From NCBI RefSeq assembly GCF_009914755.1, contig NC_060930.1: a stretch of 64,000 nt of DNA; one strand, given 5' to 3'. Positions 1-16,439 of the stretch are shown piece after piece. A program made the position numbers and the translations under genes. The DNA comes from the human T2T-CHM13v2.0 reference genome, Homo sapiens. Positions within the stretch are counted from its first letter, which is position 1. Every line of letters starts with the position of its first letter. The notes beneath the pieces are model-generated. The model made no database searches. It was not told the origin of the DNA and saw nothing but the letters and a program-made list of their open reading frames with translations.

Positions 1-107
1 GACAGAGTTTGCAGTGAGCCGAGATTGCGCTAGTGCACTCCAGCCTGGGCAACAGAGCAAGACTCCATCTCAAGGAACGTTAAAAAAAATAAAAATTAAA
101 AAAAAAG
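1..107 (+). mobile_element. Alu 3' end (cut by window edge)
   Basis: gcagtgagccgagattgcg...actccagcctgggcaacagagcaagactcc + A-rich tail. Confidence 0.9.
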
Positions 108-555
108 AATATTTAGGAAATTGGATATTTTCTAGGAGAATTACAGAAGAAAGGTAGTAAAGAATGGCAAGGTTATATTTGTGAAAGACTTTAATGTCTA
201 GAGAAGAGTTGACACTAGGGATTTGGGTAACCATCAATAGTTTCTAAGTAAGGATAAAATTTTATCACTATTATTACAATAAGCACTTACTAACATGATG
301 GATATTATGATACATTAGACTGATGGTTGTGTAGAAGAAATAGAAACCTAGGAAACAGTTTAGAGGCACTTGATAGTAACTCAAGATATAAATCTGGAGA
401 TCTATACAAAGAGTGGTGGCAGTGGGACTAACAGAAGAAGTAGAGCAAGAGATTCTCTATTTTTTTTTTTTGCCTTGACCTTGCCATCTTGTTGAAAAAA
501 TAAAAACAGCTGTGCCTGTGCTGTGGTCTGCTCTATATGGTCTCTAATTTCTTAG

Positions 556-916
<361 letters not shown>

Positions 917-1737
917 AGAGAGCAGAAGATGCAAGTCTCCTTCAATTGACACACTGTTACTTCCACTGCATTCCATTGGCCAAGCAAGTCACAGTGCGAG
1001 GTCACGAGTCAGGCTGGTGGCTTTTTGGCCAGTACAATTCACTTAAAAAACTTTGTGGACTGTCCATATGGCTGATAAGTTTATTCCATGCTTTAAAGCC
1101 CACAGCCACAGTTGTTTTTGAGACATGCTTGCTCTCTAGATAGCATATCTACCAATCTCTGCTACTTGGGGATTAGAATTCTGTGGGATCATGCCCATCA
1201 ACTTTCTAAAAATCCTTTTGTCATGCTGAGAACGTCTGCTTACATCTTAATTCTTTTAGTGATCTTAAGAAAGGAAGCTACAGCTACATCCTTGAGTTGA
1301 TCTTTGTTCAAGGGCTTTGTTTTATTTTCAGGAGACTGCAGATGAAACAGTTTTATTTTCCAACCCAGCAAGTTCTAGTTGCTCTAGATTTCTTCTAGAT
1401 TCTGCTTATAAAATGACTAGCTCTTTCTTTAGTTCATCTCTATCTTGCAGAACCTTATACTTAGCTAGGAGCAACCAGTTGGCGTTTTTGGTATTCTGCT
1501 TGGAAATTAATTTGCTAAGTCCAAAAGTTTCTTAGATACATTTTCTGAATTATTCCAGGTTAGTGTAAGATAGCATATTACATCACTCCATAACATGGTT
1601 ACCATTTTCCTCATCTCCTATAGTTTCCTCATTATTTTTCCACCATTTGTAGCTGTAACTGTTAGTTTGGCCCCAGAATTAATGCCACTTATTTTAAGTT
1701 TTTGTTATGGCACACACCACTTCTAGGTATCGATTTC

Positions 1738-2200
1738 TGTATTGTTTATTGTCACAATAATGCAGCTAACCACAAACACAAAGACTCAATGGCATTATGG
1801 CAATAAACATTTATTTTTGCTCCTAAGTCTGTGGATCATCTCAACGGTTCTACTGATCTAGGGTGGCTTGGCTCATCTTTGCTGGGCTCACTTCATGAAT
1901 GCACAGTCAGATGGCAGATTGGCCGGGCACTAGCTGGATGCAGAGTGGCCTCAGCTGGGCAGTCTCAGTTCTGTTTCACAGTCTCTCATCCTGCAGCTTA
2001 TTCTCATGGACAAGGCATGGGTCCACAGAAGAGAGAAACCATGCCAGCAGACCTCATATCATCTAGGCTTGGAAATGATGCACTGTTACACCTCCACCAC
2101 AAGATACTGGCCAAAGCAAGTCATAAGTAAGGCCAGCCCACATTTAAAAGGTGGGCAACTACACTCCACTTCTTAATGGGAGTCACACTGTAAGAGGTCT
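1738..2200. mobile_element. MLT1-type MaLR LTR fragment
   Basis: aaacatttatttttgctc...tggccaaagcaagtcat...ctccacttcttaatgggag motifs; boundaries approximate. Confidence 0.6.
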
Positions 2201-3622
2201 GAATATAAGGAAGAGCAAAATATAGGTGACATTTTTAAAATCAATCTACAGGTTACATTTTGTAGGTTTGTTTTTAACAACATGATTTTGACAAGCTAAA
2301 TGTGTAAAAAGCAATTCAGTATTGGAGTTAGATTTGAAGACTAGCTAGAAAACAAATTGCTTGCTTAAGTTGTATTCATGAAAAAAATGATTATTTGGAA
2401 ACCATTACTGTTTATAAAATAGTTTTCAAATATATGTAGTGTCCTCTGACCTATATATAAAATATATCATTATAAAATTATAAAATATTTTAATGTGTAA
2501 TATAAACATAATATCAACATGTAAAATTGTTCTTTCCAAGTAAAACAGTGTTACTCTTTAGACAAAAAAGTCATGATGTGAAATCACTTTGCTTAATAAA
2601 ATCATGTTAAGTTTTACCTCATACAATTTTAACACGGTGTTGTGTATTAACAATCAATGCTATAAATGTGTTCTAAAGAATAGAGGATAGAAATGTAATA
2701 ACTTAATATTCACAAACACATTCTTTTAGCCACTAACCTCAGTATTTTATTCTTCCTCTAAAAAAATAAATTCAAGTTTTCTGACAATGGAAAAAATAGA
2801 TGTATACTTAATCTCTACCTGCTGCACTTCTGTAAAGATACTAAAGAGCATCTCTTTCTCTTATGACTACTTATAAAAGATTTATTACTATTATAGTTCA
2901 TTTTTATGCTAGATCAAAGCAGGAAAAGGATCTACATTATTATTACACTTGAAAAATAACTTATAGAAGAGCAAAATTAAATTTGTTAAGTAAAGCGCTT
3001 TTCCTGTTCATCTGTGAGAATATGTTTTTGTGGCCCTTTGCAACTTTCTGTCTTTCTTGAAGACCATTCTTATAATGAACTTAACAAAACATTGTTAATA
3101 AATAGACATCCTTACTTCTTTATAGCCCCCTACCTAAGGTGATCCTTTAAATTGTGTTTTACTTAACAGAGTATGGGAAATAAATAAGGTATGAAATAAG
3201 AACAGAAGAATAGATTGCTTTGCTTTAGTGCTTATCTCATTGCATTGGATTATTTATAGATAAATTGATTATATCTCTTTTTTCTGATTAAAATATTTTC
3301 TTCCCTTATATTTTCTAACTTTTTTTTTTAATATAAAGGAAGACATCGACTTTTTTTTCCTTATAATTCTCTTTAGGATCCTAAAATACACCTACAATTC
3401 AGAAGTACTTATACTGCCATATTTAAGATGATAACTTAATAAGAAAAATAATTTTTCTTTTTAATTTGTCTGAATTGTAGGGACTTTTTTTAGAGTTAAA
3501 AGGACAATATAAAGCATCTAGTTTAAAAACTTATACAGTTTATAAATGGTATAAGTAATTTAAGTTACAAAAATAAGTTTTTAAACACCCTGTTATGCTA
3601 GGATGTCCGTATAATTTATTGA

Positions 3623-3932
<310 letters not shown>

Positions 3933-5610
3933 TTCAAGATACTTTTTAACATGAAAGGAGGCACTGTTAATAATAGGCCCAGACAAATGAAAACCAGGAT
4001 GGCTTCAGGCAAACCAGGACATAAGGCCATCCTTGTAATAATCAAATATTCCTTAAATCTTAACTTTTTTTTTTTTTAAGTAACTTAAAGCAGCAAACAT
4101 TTGTTGTTTCTAATGAGTCTTTAGGTTGGAGCTTGGCTGATGTCATCGAAGCTTGTCCACGCGTTTGTGGTCAGCTGTGGACTGATTGGTCTAAGATGGC
4201 CTTGGTTGGGACTTCTCAGCTCTCCTCCACATAATCTCTCATCCTCTAACAGGCTAGGCTGGGCTTAAACAACTCTTAGCTTTAATTGAATTAGAAAATT
4301 GTATTTTTGCTTAGACTTATCGGGTGTAATAGATTATTCAATGTTAAAAAAAGTTATTTTAAAAAATCTGTGCTTGCCTTCAGAAAGGAATAAACAGATT
4401 ACTAATGTATTTACATGATAATTAATTTTTACTATAATTACATTGTTTTGCCTTAATGGTAAACAGAAAGCTCAGATACTAACAATCTAAAGAAAAACTA
4501 GTTTTATTTTAATTTTACTCTATTCTATCATTTTGTTTAATAGAGTGGATTTTTAAACTCTGAAAACGAAGTCAAAATTGTAAAGCACTGATCATAAATA
4601 TGATGCTATTAAATGGAATGTGGATGTATGTCTTATAAATGAGTAATATAAATTATCTTAAGATTTGTATTATATTAGGAGTATCTAATTACAAGATAAT
4701 AGACTTCCCAATGACTTCATTCAAAATACATTTGTCAAGAGGACTCCAAAGGAGAAGGAAATATTGCCCTTTAAATAGACACAGAAACATTGCTATTTGA
4801 ACACCTGTTCTCATTGGCATAAAGGATAAGAGGATGGAATTAAATTATGGTTGTAGTAAATTTCAGTTAGGTTTTAAAGTGGGGGAAATTTTTCTTTGTT
4901 TGGAGATGATTGCAAAATTGTTGAAGTATCTTTTTCTAGAATGCTTTAGGTCAGTGCTATTCTCAGTAGCTTGTCTGCAGATGGTTTGTGACTGGTTCAG
5001 GATGAAGCACTGTTGCCAGAATGGAAATGAATGCTGCTTTCTTCATTAAATTTTGCTACCAAAAAAAAGTTAGTTAAAATAGTGTGCTTTGCAATATAGT
5101 TGATTTACTTTATTTTACTGCAGATTGGTAACAACCATTTCACAAAAATGCACCCGTCTGTGTACCATATTTGAAGTAGTACAGCTTTAGAATATTAGCA
5201 ATGGCATCTTGAGTGGAGTTGGGTTTCATTCATTTTGAAAAGCGGCAAATATTTAGAAGACATTTAGAAGAACTTTGACAAAGTGCTATGCTTTAATCTT
5301 TTATCAGACTTTGCAAGTGAAATGTTATCAGTTTGATTTGTTTCCACATATCGTTGGAACAGTCAATAATCCAGCATGCTACTACTAATAAATTAAGTAG
5401 TGAGGAAAATATTGTTGGAGTCAGAAGTTGAAAGTAGTACTTTGTTCTTTATTTATCTGGATTACTGTAGAACAGTTAATTGAATACCTGTAGCTACTAT
5501 TACTTTTCTTAATCATATACTGCCACCATTTCCTTGTCATAAGATAAACTACTACAAAGAACATATTATGATTTGGAAATGGAGGAAAGTAAGGATATAG
5601 ATTTAGAAAT

Positions 5611-5621
5611 TATATATATAC

Positions 5622-5662
<41 letters not shown>
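5611..5662. repeat. (TA)n(TG)n(TA)n microsatellite
   Basis: Direct reading. Confidence 0.95.
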
Positions 5663-5677
<15 letters not shown>

Positions 5678-5957
5678 AGATGGAGTCTCACTCTTGCCCA
5701 GGCTGGAGGGCAGTGGCGTGATCTTGGCTCACTGCAACCTCTGCCTTCTGGGTTCAAGCAGTTCTCCCTGTCTCAGCCTCCTGAATAGCTGGGATTACAG
5801 GTGCCTGCCACCACGCCCAGCTAATTGTTATGTTTTTAGTAGAGGTGGCGTTTTGCCCTGTTGGCCAGGCTGGTCTCAAACTCCTGACCTTAGGTGATCC
5901 GCCCTCCTCGGCCTCCCAAAGTGCTGGGATTACAGGCGTGAGTGACCGCACCCGGCC
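5663..5957 (-). mobile_element. AluS with (TG)n(TA)n tail microsatellite
   Basis: Full antisense dimer; TSD TAGAAATTA. Confidence 0.9.
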
Positions 5958-6062
5958 TAGAAATTACATTCTTAAATTTTAGTAACATCACAAAACCATG
6001 GAACTTAAATCCTTTTGGAAAACCTCTGTAGAACCCTGTAAACCAGGTTTGATACAACACAG

Positions 6063-6234
6063 TTTTTTTGTTTGTTTTTTGTTTTTTTTGAGATGGAGTT
6101 TCGCTCTTGTTGCCCAGGCTGGAGCGTAGTGATGCAATGTCGGCTCATCGCAACCTCCACCTCCCCGGATCAAGCAATTCTCCTGCCTCAGCCTCCTGAG
6201 TAGCTGGGATTACAGGCATGCGTCACCATGCCCT
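6063..6234 (-). mobile_element. 5'-truncated AluS (right arm)
   Basis: Right monomer only; TSD AACACAGTTTTT. Confidence 0.88.
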
Positions 6235-6441
6235 GTAACACAGTTTTTAACAAAATTATCTTAAATCCCTTTTGTTTATGATTCTGAGGTTGTTAAACTT
6301 ATGGAAGATTTGTAGTTTGATTTAAAAGGACTATCAGCTAAGAGTCAGAAATTCAGCTGAATTTTGTTTTATTGACATTGATTACAACTTTTGAAAAAAG
6401 TGATTCCTTGTCTATAATGTCATGTATGTGTTGTATTCTTA

Positions 6442-6809
<368 letters not shown>

Positions 6810-8848
6810 CTACCTCAAATTTTTCATAAGGCCTTCAAAACTGTCTGAAATTGTCTGTCTTCAGTAAGATATAAGGACTGAGAATACTCGATAAGAAGTT
6901 AATTGGTTTCTCAGTTTTAAGAATCAGCCCTTCTCTGTACTCCGCAATTTGTTTTCTTTCAACAGTTTACGTCAGCTATCGGAATATAAATATTTCTTTC
7001 ATTGTTAATGTTAGCTGTGACCTTTACTCATTTTTTAATCTGTGCTATGGTATAGGGGTACATTTAGTCTGAATCAGCAGTTTACAGATGGAGTACAAGG
7101 GTATTGGATTTAAGGGGCTAGTAAGTTCTGCTTTTCTGGAAGCTTTTATAATTTGATGTTGGCGATATGAAAAAAAAACAGTTGTGAAAATCATAATTGC
7201 CAATGTGTATTCTTCTTTTTGTTTTTAAAACTGGAAACTCATTTTGTTTTCAGTTTCACCATTCTTTAGGTGAGAAAGGATGTCTGCAGTCTTTGAAGGA
7301 TCATTATAATGGATCATAACAGTGAATGATGGGGCCAATAGTAATTGAATATCCCAACAATCTGCCATTACTGGCTTTGAACACATATGTTTTTAAAGTA
7401 TAAGTAAATAGAGGAGGTCAAATTAACTGTGGGAAAAAAAAACTACTACCGAAAACCAAAAAAGATTTAGTATTTACTTAATGCTGTCAATTAACTAGCT
7501 TTAAAGGACTAAGTGTTATTATGAGAAATGTCTATATGAAAATCAAAACATAAATGACATGACTTAAATGTAGGGCAAACCTCAATGGGGAAAGAAACAT
7601 GAAACAAATTTGTGTATTTATTAACTATATATATATAATACTGTGTTTCTACATTAATGAAAAGTTTTCTGCATCTCTGCAACTTCAATATGTAACTTAT
7701 GAAACAATTTGCATAAGGATAAACTTAACTTATGGTTGAGTAGTACTTAACCCAGGGGCTACCCATATGGATCTTAGAGTTCCACCTGTAAATAACAATA
7801 TGTATACTCAAAGAGGTAACCAATAAATTGGCTAGATAATCAGACAGTAAGTATAGACGTTTCTTCATATTAATAAAGACCTTTTTTGGGGAAACAACAA
7901 GTGGGCTTGTTGTTTTCTTGGCAAAATTAAAGAATGGATTTTAAAAGAATATATTGGGATAAAAGTTTACATATAAAAAATTAAATAATTCTGTAAGTGT
8001 TCAGTTTTAAAAGATTTTACCTACAAAGAAATAAGAGTTTGGTCTCAAACTTTTTCTTAGTATTACTTAAGATCCTGAAATAATGAAACAACATCTTCAG
8101 AAGTTTGCAGGAAAGTTGTAGTGACCCAAGTATTTTATCTTTTTGTAACAATAGGGAGATACTATGAGAAAATACAGTCTCAGAAAATATACTTTCCATT
8201 TACTTATTCTGAATAGATTACTTGTGATATGTTCCAGAGCACGATGGGAGAGAGTAAAAATTTAGAACTCGGAATTAGGGAAGTTGTAGAAAATAGGCTT
8301 TGAAACTTGTTAAAGTTATTGAAATAAGTCAAAAAACTAAATTTTACAAAAGTAAATGTTAGGCTCTTTGAAAAACAATTTCCATTTTGAAGAGATTAGT
8401 GAGTTGCTTTATTTCTCTATATTTATTAATAAAACATGGAACGGGAGAATGATGGCGGAGGAATTGTGAAATTTCTTTCATAAAAAGCAAGAAAAAATTT
8501 TTAATCATTCTTTCTATAGATACTTATACCATATATTCATTTTTTCGAGAAACTTTTTTTTACTGTCTGATAAAATGAGAGATTATATGTGGTTATTGGA
8601 AAAAAAGAAACAAACCAGCCAGAGTCAACATAGCAAAAGGAAGAATGGATAAAGGAAGCAGTAGCAAAAACAGAAAATACAGAATACAATGACAAGTAGA
8701 AACATTCAAAACCATTCTGACTATAAAACTCATAAATTTAAGTTGTCTTGTTCAAAGGCAGATTTGCAGGATTTAAGTCCAATAATTTTCTGTTCATAAA
8801 AGACATCTCATATTTTGAAAATAAATGCCTACAAATTTAAAATACTTA

Positions 8849-9874
<1,026 letters not shown>

Positions 9875-10932
9875 TATTTAGTGAATTGAACCTTTTATCA
9901 TTATGAAAAGACCCTGTTTATATCCTAGTAGCTTTTTGCTTTGAACTATTTTGTCTAATATTAATATTATAACATCAGCTTTCTTCTAGTTAATATTTAC
10001 AAGAAATACCTTTTTCAATTATTTCACTTTCAACCTTTCTCTTTCCTTGTATTCTATATTAATTGCAAACAACATATAATGGGATTTATCTTTTTCATTT
10101 TCTAGGGCACTTTTTGTGTTTAAGTGGAACATTTAATCCATTTATATTTAATGTAATGGCTGATTTATTTGTGATTATGTTCATAATTTCATATTTTGTA
10201 TTTTCTATGTCCGCTCTTCATTTGCTCTCCTATACTCTTTTGTTTCATGTTCTGATCTCTACCAGTGTTTCAGGTTTATTCTTCAAGAGGACATTCACTT
10301 TTGCCAGGCTCTTAGGGCATTACCAATCTAGGACTAACTTTTGTTTCTTTAATGGAAAGTTTCAAACATAAAAGTATAGTAAGCACACACCTATCACCTA
10401 GCCTCGGTTATCAAAGTTTTTTCTTCCTATTTCACCTGTTGTTCCCCCCAGCTGTTTTTTCAGTATGTATCTCCAACAGATAAGGACTTCTGTTTTTAAC
10501 ATATTTGTAAAATCATTATTGTACTTAAATAAATGTTTAAAATAATTCCTTGATATCAAATAATCCAGTTAGTGTACACAGTCCCTCAGTCATCTCATAA
10601 GTGTGTTCTTAATTATTTGTTTGAATCAATATTCACCCCAAAATTCATAGCTTGCATTTGGTTAATATGTCTCTTACATTTTCCAAAATTTAAAATTGAT
10701 GGTTTAATCTAAAGGATTGATTAAATTCCAGTTGTTTTTGAGACGAATCCTCAAGTGATGCTATGTTCTTCCTATTGCATTGCATCAGAGGACAGGTAAT
10801 TTCTGGTTTTCTCTTTTTTGTGATATGATTGATTCAGGTGTTATATCAACCTAATGGACCCATTAAACAGTTCCCTATCACTTAATTGATGGTACCCATT
10901 GATGATCTTTACCCAGAGTCATTATTTCACTA

Positions 10933-11399
<467 letters not shown>

Positions 11400-11665
11400 T
11401 GGAGATATCCAAATTCTGTTATTCCTTGTGCATTTATTAGCTGGAATTCTGTGAAGAATTTTGCCTCATTAACTATTTGGTTATTCTGACATATAGTTTA
11501 CACAGAAAAGACATAATAAATGTTTTATTATTTCTCCCTAGTTACTTGTATTCAGAATATTTTGTTGTTGCCGTAGCATATTACACATATGATCACTTTT
11601 TATTTTGTGCCAATATAAACTCATGGATTTTCAACATATTTGCTGATAATATTGTGTCACTATCA

Positions 11666-11956
11666 GCTGGGTGCTGTGGCTCACGTCTGTTACCCCAGCA
11701 CTTTGGGAGGTCAAGGCAGGTGGATCACCTGAGGTCAGGAGTTTGAGACCAGCCTGGCCAACATTGTGAAAACCCGTCTCTACTAAAAATACAAAAATTA
11801 GCCGGTGGCACGCACCTATAATCCCAGCTACTCAGGAGGCTGAGATGGGAGAATTGCTTGAGACTCAGAGGTGGAGGTTGCTGTAAGCTGAGATGGCGCT
11901 ACTGCACTCCAGTCTGGGCAACAGAGTGAAACCCTGTCTCAAAAAAGAAAAAAAAA
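11666..11956 (+). mobile_element. AluS
   Basis: Full dimer; TSD ATTGTGTCACTATC. Confidence 0.9.
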
Positions 11957-12211
11957 CATTGTGTCACTATCCTTTCTGATGCTTAGAGGGAGCCCTTCAG
12001 GTTGGTTTCTGTGAATTTCCCACAGGACAGTCTAAGCAGTGTTTGATAGTTTTCTTGTTTTCTATTATGATTAGGTGTTGCAGACTCTTGTACATTCTTT
12101 GATCCAGACCTGGAGTCAGCCAAGGAGCCCTGGTTCCTTTTATTAGGAAATAGTACTTAGAAATCATAATGTATATACTAAAGGTACACATTTTGGGGTC
12201 ATTTCTTCTAA

Positions 12212-12535
<324 letters not shown>

Positions 12536-13757
12536 ACAAATACATTTTTATAAGAAAAATGCATCATTAATGTATACTGATATTTTCAATTCCAGTTTAA
12601 GTTTACAAGGATTTTACTTTTTTAATTTTATGTTTGTGTCTCTTTTTACTTATAGCGAAAATCTTGGTTCCTAGTAATGTAGATCATTACTTACTTTATG
12701 TATGTGTGTGGACATTTCTATATAGAATAGTTTCAAAATAATACTAACAACATTACCACCAAGACCATAAATATTTAAAATTTCTTCATGGGTTTTTTTT
12801 TTTTTTTTTTGCCGAGATATATCCCGTGAGGAATAGGCAGTCAAAATACTGTGTTTTAAAAATCACTTGAAGTATTTCTCTGTGGAATTGCAATCAAGTA
12901 GATATACATTAAATTTATTTGTTTTAGTGTTGTTTAGGGATTGACATTTTCTTTGTTTTGTAATTATATAAAAAATTTACGTGGGTCCAAAACCAAAACT
13001 CTGTAAAGTCCACTATATTGAGATAGATCTTGTTTTGATCCCTGTCCCTTCTCTCTCCTCATCCCATAGGTAACCATTTTATTTTTATTAGTTTTTGGTA
13101 TATCCTTTTTTTCTTTTGAAAATAGAGGCAAATAAATATATAGTCATACCCTTCCATCTTACACAAAGGTAGCATAGGATACATACACTCTGTACCCTAC
13201 TTTTGTTGTTTAAAAGTATATCTTAGAGGTAACTCCTCTAAGTGTGAGTGATTAACATTCGGGTGGTAACACCTGAATCCATCATATCCCAAAAAAAAAG
13301 AGCCAGACATTTTATGTCCTTTGATACAATGCTATAGGAAGTACATAATCAAACCTTTAGATTAAACCACCAAATTTAAATTTACAAAAATCTAAGAGAT
13401 ATTTCATATTCCCTGTTACAACTGCATTTTACACCATTGTATAGTTGTACCATAGTTTATTCAACCAGTCCCCTATTGGACATTTTGTTTTTATCTTATA
13501 TTTTCCCATTGCGGTTAATACTACAATATTGCAGTTGCTATTGCAATTAATACTACAATCTGCATATATCATCTAATATTTTTGCCAGATTATCTTTGGG
13601 ATATCTTCTGAAAAGTGGGATGTTAAGGCAAAGGGTAAATGACACTTGTTTTTGCTCTTTTTTTGCCAAATTACATTCCATATGGGGTTGTGCCATTTTT
13701 GATCTCACTAGTGCTGTGGTAGAATTCCTGTTTGCCCACATGCTTGCCATCATATTA

Positions 13758-14139
13758 CACCCATGTGCCATTTAACTACATTTTGGTCAGTGACAGACCG
13801 CAAATATGACAGTAGTCCAATAAGATTATAATGGAGCTGGAAAATTCCCATCACCTCGTGATGGTAGTAGCTTTGGTAACCTCCTAGTGCAATACATTAC
13901 TTTTTCTATGTTTAGATACACAGATACCTATTATCGTGTTATAATTGCCTGCAGTATGCAGTACAGTACAATATGGTGCAGATCTGTAACTTAGCAGCAA
14001 TGAGCTATGTGGTATAGTCTACGTGTGTAGTATAACCAGCAGGTTTGTGTAAGTACACTACATTGTTCGCACAGTGGCGAAATCAATCTAAGGATGCCTT
14101 TCTCAGAATGTATTCCTGTTGTTGAATGAAGAGTGACTA
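13758..14139. mobile_element. Tigger3a/MER7-like DNA transposon
   Basis: gacagaccgcaaatatgacagtagtcc..taagattataatggagctggaaaattcc resembles the recalled Tigger3 consensus. Confidence 0.7.
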
Positions 14140-14674
14140 TATTTTGTTAGATTGTTGGATTTCTGTCAGTCTGATAGTTGAGAATGGATATATTTTTGTA
14201 GTGAAAATTTATAGTTTTTAAAATTATAAGTGAAAGTGAACTCTTTTTGCATATTTAGAGTCATTTGCATTTCTTTTTCTGTAAACTGTTTAATCATACC
14301 TTTTTTTTCATCTTTCTATTGGTTGATTGGTCTTTTTCATCTCAATTTTCTTCTTAATTAAGGTTTGCTGGAATATATCAACAGATGGCCTCAGAACAAA
14401 AGCAGCTTAATTGCTTTGCCTAATTCACTATGATTTTGCCTTCCTTTAAATTTTCCTTGGTAATTCCATACTATCTTGTCAGCTCTTCAGTAATTTTACA
14501 GATATACTTTTTATACTTTATCTGACATTGTCTTTTAGCAAGAGATTGTTCTGAATAACCTAGCCCACCACAACTCTTAAAATGGAAGTGTTTTCTTTGA
14601 TTTTTGAATTTTTTTATCGCTTACTTCATATTTTGTTTTTAAAAATAGGTAACTTATCCACATTTTAAATTTTT

Positions 14675-15142
14675 GGGCTGGGTGCGGTGGCTCACGCCTG
14701 TAATCCTAGTGCTTTGGGAGGGAAGCAGGCACATCACTTCAGATCGGGAGTTTGAGACTAGCCTGGCCAATATGGTGAAACTCTGTCTCTGCTAAAAATA
14801 CAAAAATTAGCTGGGCTTTGTGGCACACGCCTGTAATCCCAGCTACTCCAGGGGCTGAGGCATGAGAATTGCTTGAACCTGGGTGGTACAGGTTGCATTG
14901 AGCAGAGATCATGCCACTACACTCCAGCCTGGGTGACAGAGTAAGTCTGTGTCTCAAAAAAATAAATAAATAAATAAATAAATAAGCATGCCTGTGGGTT
15001 CCAGCTACTCGGGAGGCTGAGATGGGAGGATTGCTTAAGCCCAGGAAGTCAAGGCTGCAATGAGCCATGGTTGCACCACTGTACTTCAGCCTGGGTGACA
15101 GAGTGAGACCTGTCTCAATAAGAAAAAGAATAAAAGAAAAAA
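14675..15142 (+). mobile_element. AluS with (TAAA)n tail followed by AluJ right arm
   Basis: Dimer to ~14985, then gcatgcctgtgggttccagctactcggg... J-type monomer and A tail. Confidence 0.85.
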
Positions 15143-15690
15143 ATTTATTTATCTAAAAAATTTTATATCTTTTAAAGTAGCAATAATTTTAATTAAAAAT
15201 GTATTTACAGTGGTAGACTGCTTTCATAAATATCAGATGAACTTTATTTAAAATAATGTGTATATTTGCTTTTAGTGTTTCTTTCGCTGTATTTCTAACA
15301 CCTATCACATAGATCTTCAATAAGTGATGAACAAATGGTATTCAGGGAATATAAATTACTATATGACATTCTAGTAGTATACATTAAATGTGGAGATTAA
15401 AAAATTTTTTAACAGTTTATTGACATAGCATCTTATTCTACAGAATCAGTGATCACACATTTTATGATAGGCTGTTTTAAAAGTATTTTACTTTTTCTGT
15501 TTTTTATCCTTCCATTGATTTCTATTTTAAAATCGTAATTATTACCAGAAAATCTAATTAGGAAGCAAATCTAATGATTCATAGTGTGCATATTCTTTAA
15601 CTAAAGACATATTGTTTCATCTAATGTTAGGTGAGATACTATCATGGTGCTAATTGTGGGAATACATAAACAAGGGTGGGAATACATAAA

Positions 15691-15884
15691 CAGGGGTGGT
15701 AAAACTACAGCCTTTGGACCAAATCTGGCTTGTTGCTGGGCCAAACCCAGCCACGCCCATTTACTTACTTTGTTTATGGCTACTTTTGCTCAGCAGCAGG
15801 AATGAGTAGTCACAACAGAGACTATGGCCCACAGAGTAAAAATGTATTTACTGTCAAGCCCTTTAAGAAAGCTGTTGACCATTG
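15691..15884. mobile_element. MER58A-like hAT-Charlie MITE
   Basis: caggggtggtaaaactacagcc...cagccacgcccatt...acagagactatggccc. Confidence 0.75.
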
Positions 15885-15909
15885 GTATGGAATATTTAGA
15901 TATGGTTTC

Positions 15910-16422
15910 TGCCGTCTCGGTCAGGGAAACCCTAACCCAGTGGTGCTAGAGGAATTAAAGACACACACACAAAAATGTAGAGGTGCGGAGTGGGAAATCA
16001 GGGATCTCACAGCCTTCAGAGCTGAGTGCCCTGAACAAAGATTTACCCACGTATTTATTAACAGCAAGCCAGTCATTAGCATTGTTTCTATAAATACTAG
16101 ATTAACTAAAAGTATCCCTTATGGGAAACAAAGGGATGGGCCAAAACAAAGGAATGGGTTTGGCTAGTTATCTGCAGCAGGAGCATGTCCTTAAGGCACA
16201 GATTGTTCATGCTATTGTTTGTGGTTTAAGAACGCTTTTAAGCAGTTTTCCACCCTGGGTGGGCCAGGTGTTCCTTGCCCTCATTCCGGTAAACCCACAA
16301 CCTTCCAGCATGGGCGTTACAGCCATCATGAACATGTCACAGTGCTGCAGAGATTTTGTTTATGGCCAGTTTTGGGGCCAGTTTAATGGCCAGATTCGGG
16401 GCGGGGGGGGCTGTTCCCAACA
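15910..16422 (-). repeat. 3' LTR (MER9) of HML-3 provirus
   Basis: Minus strand TGTTGGGAACAGCC...GACGGCA, preceded by the purine tract AAATAAGGGGGATA; AATAAA on the minus strand. Confidence 0.93.
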
Positions 16423-16439
16423 TATCCCCCTTATTTGAT

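Noticed and set aside
5101-5330. Acceptor-like tttattttactgcag at 5123
   Set aside because: No convincing downstream donor or frame-compatible ORF.
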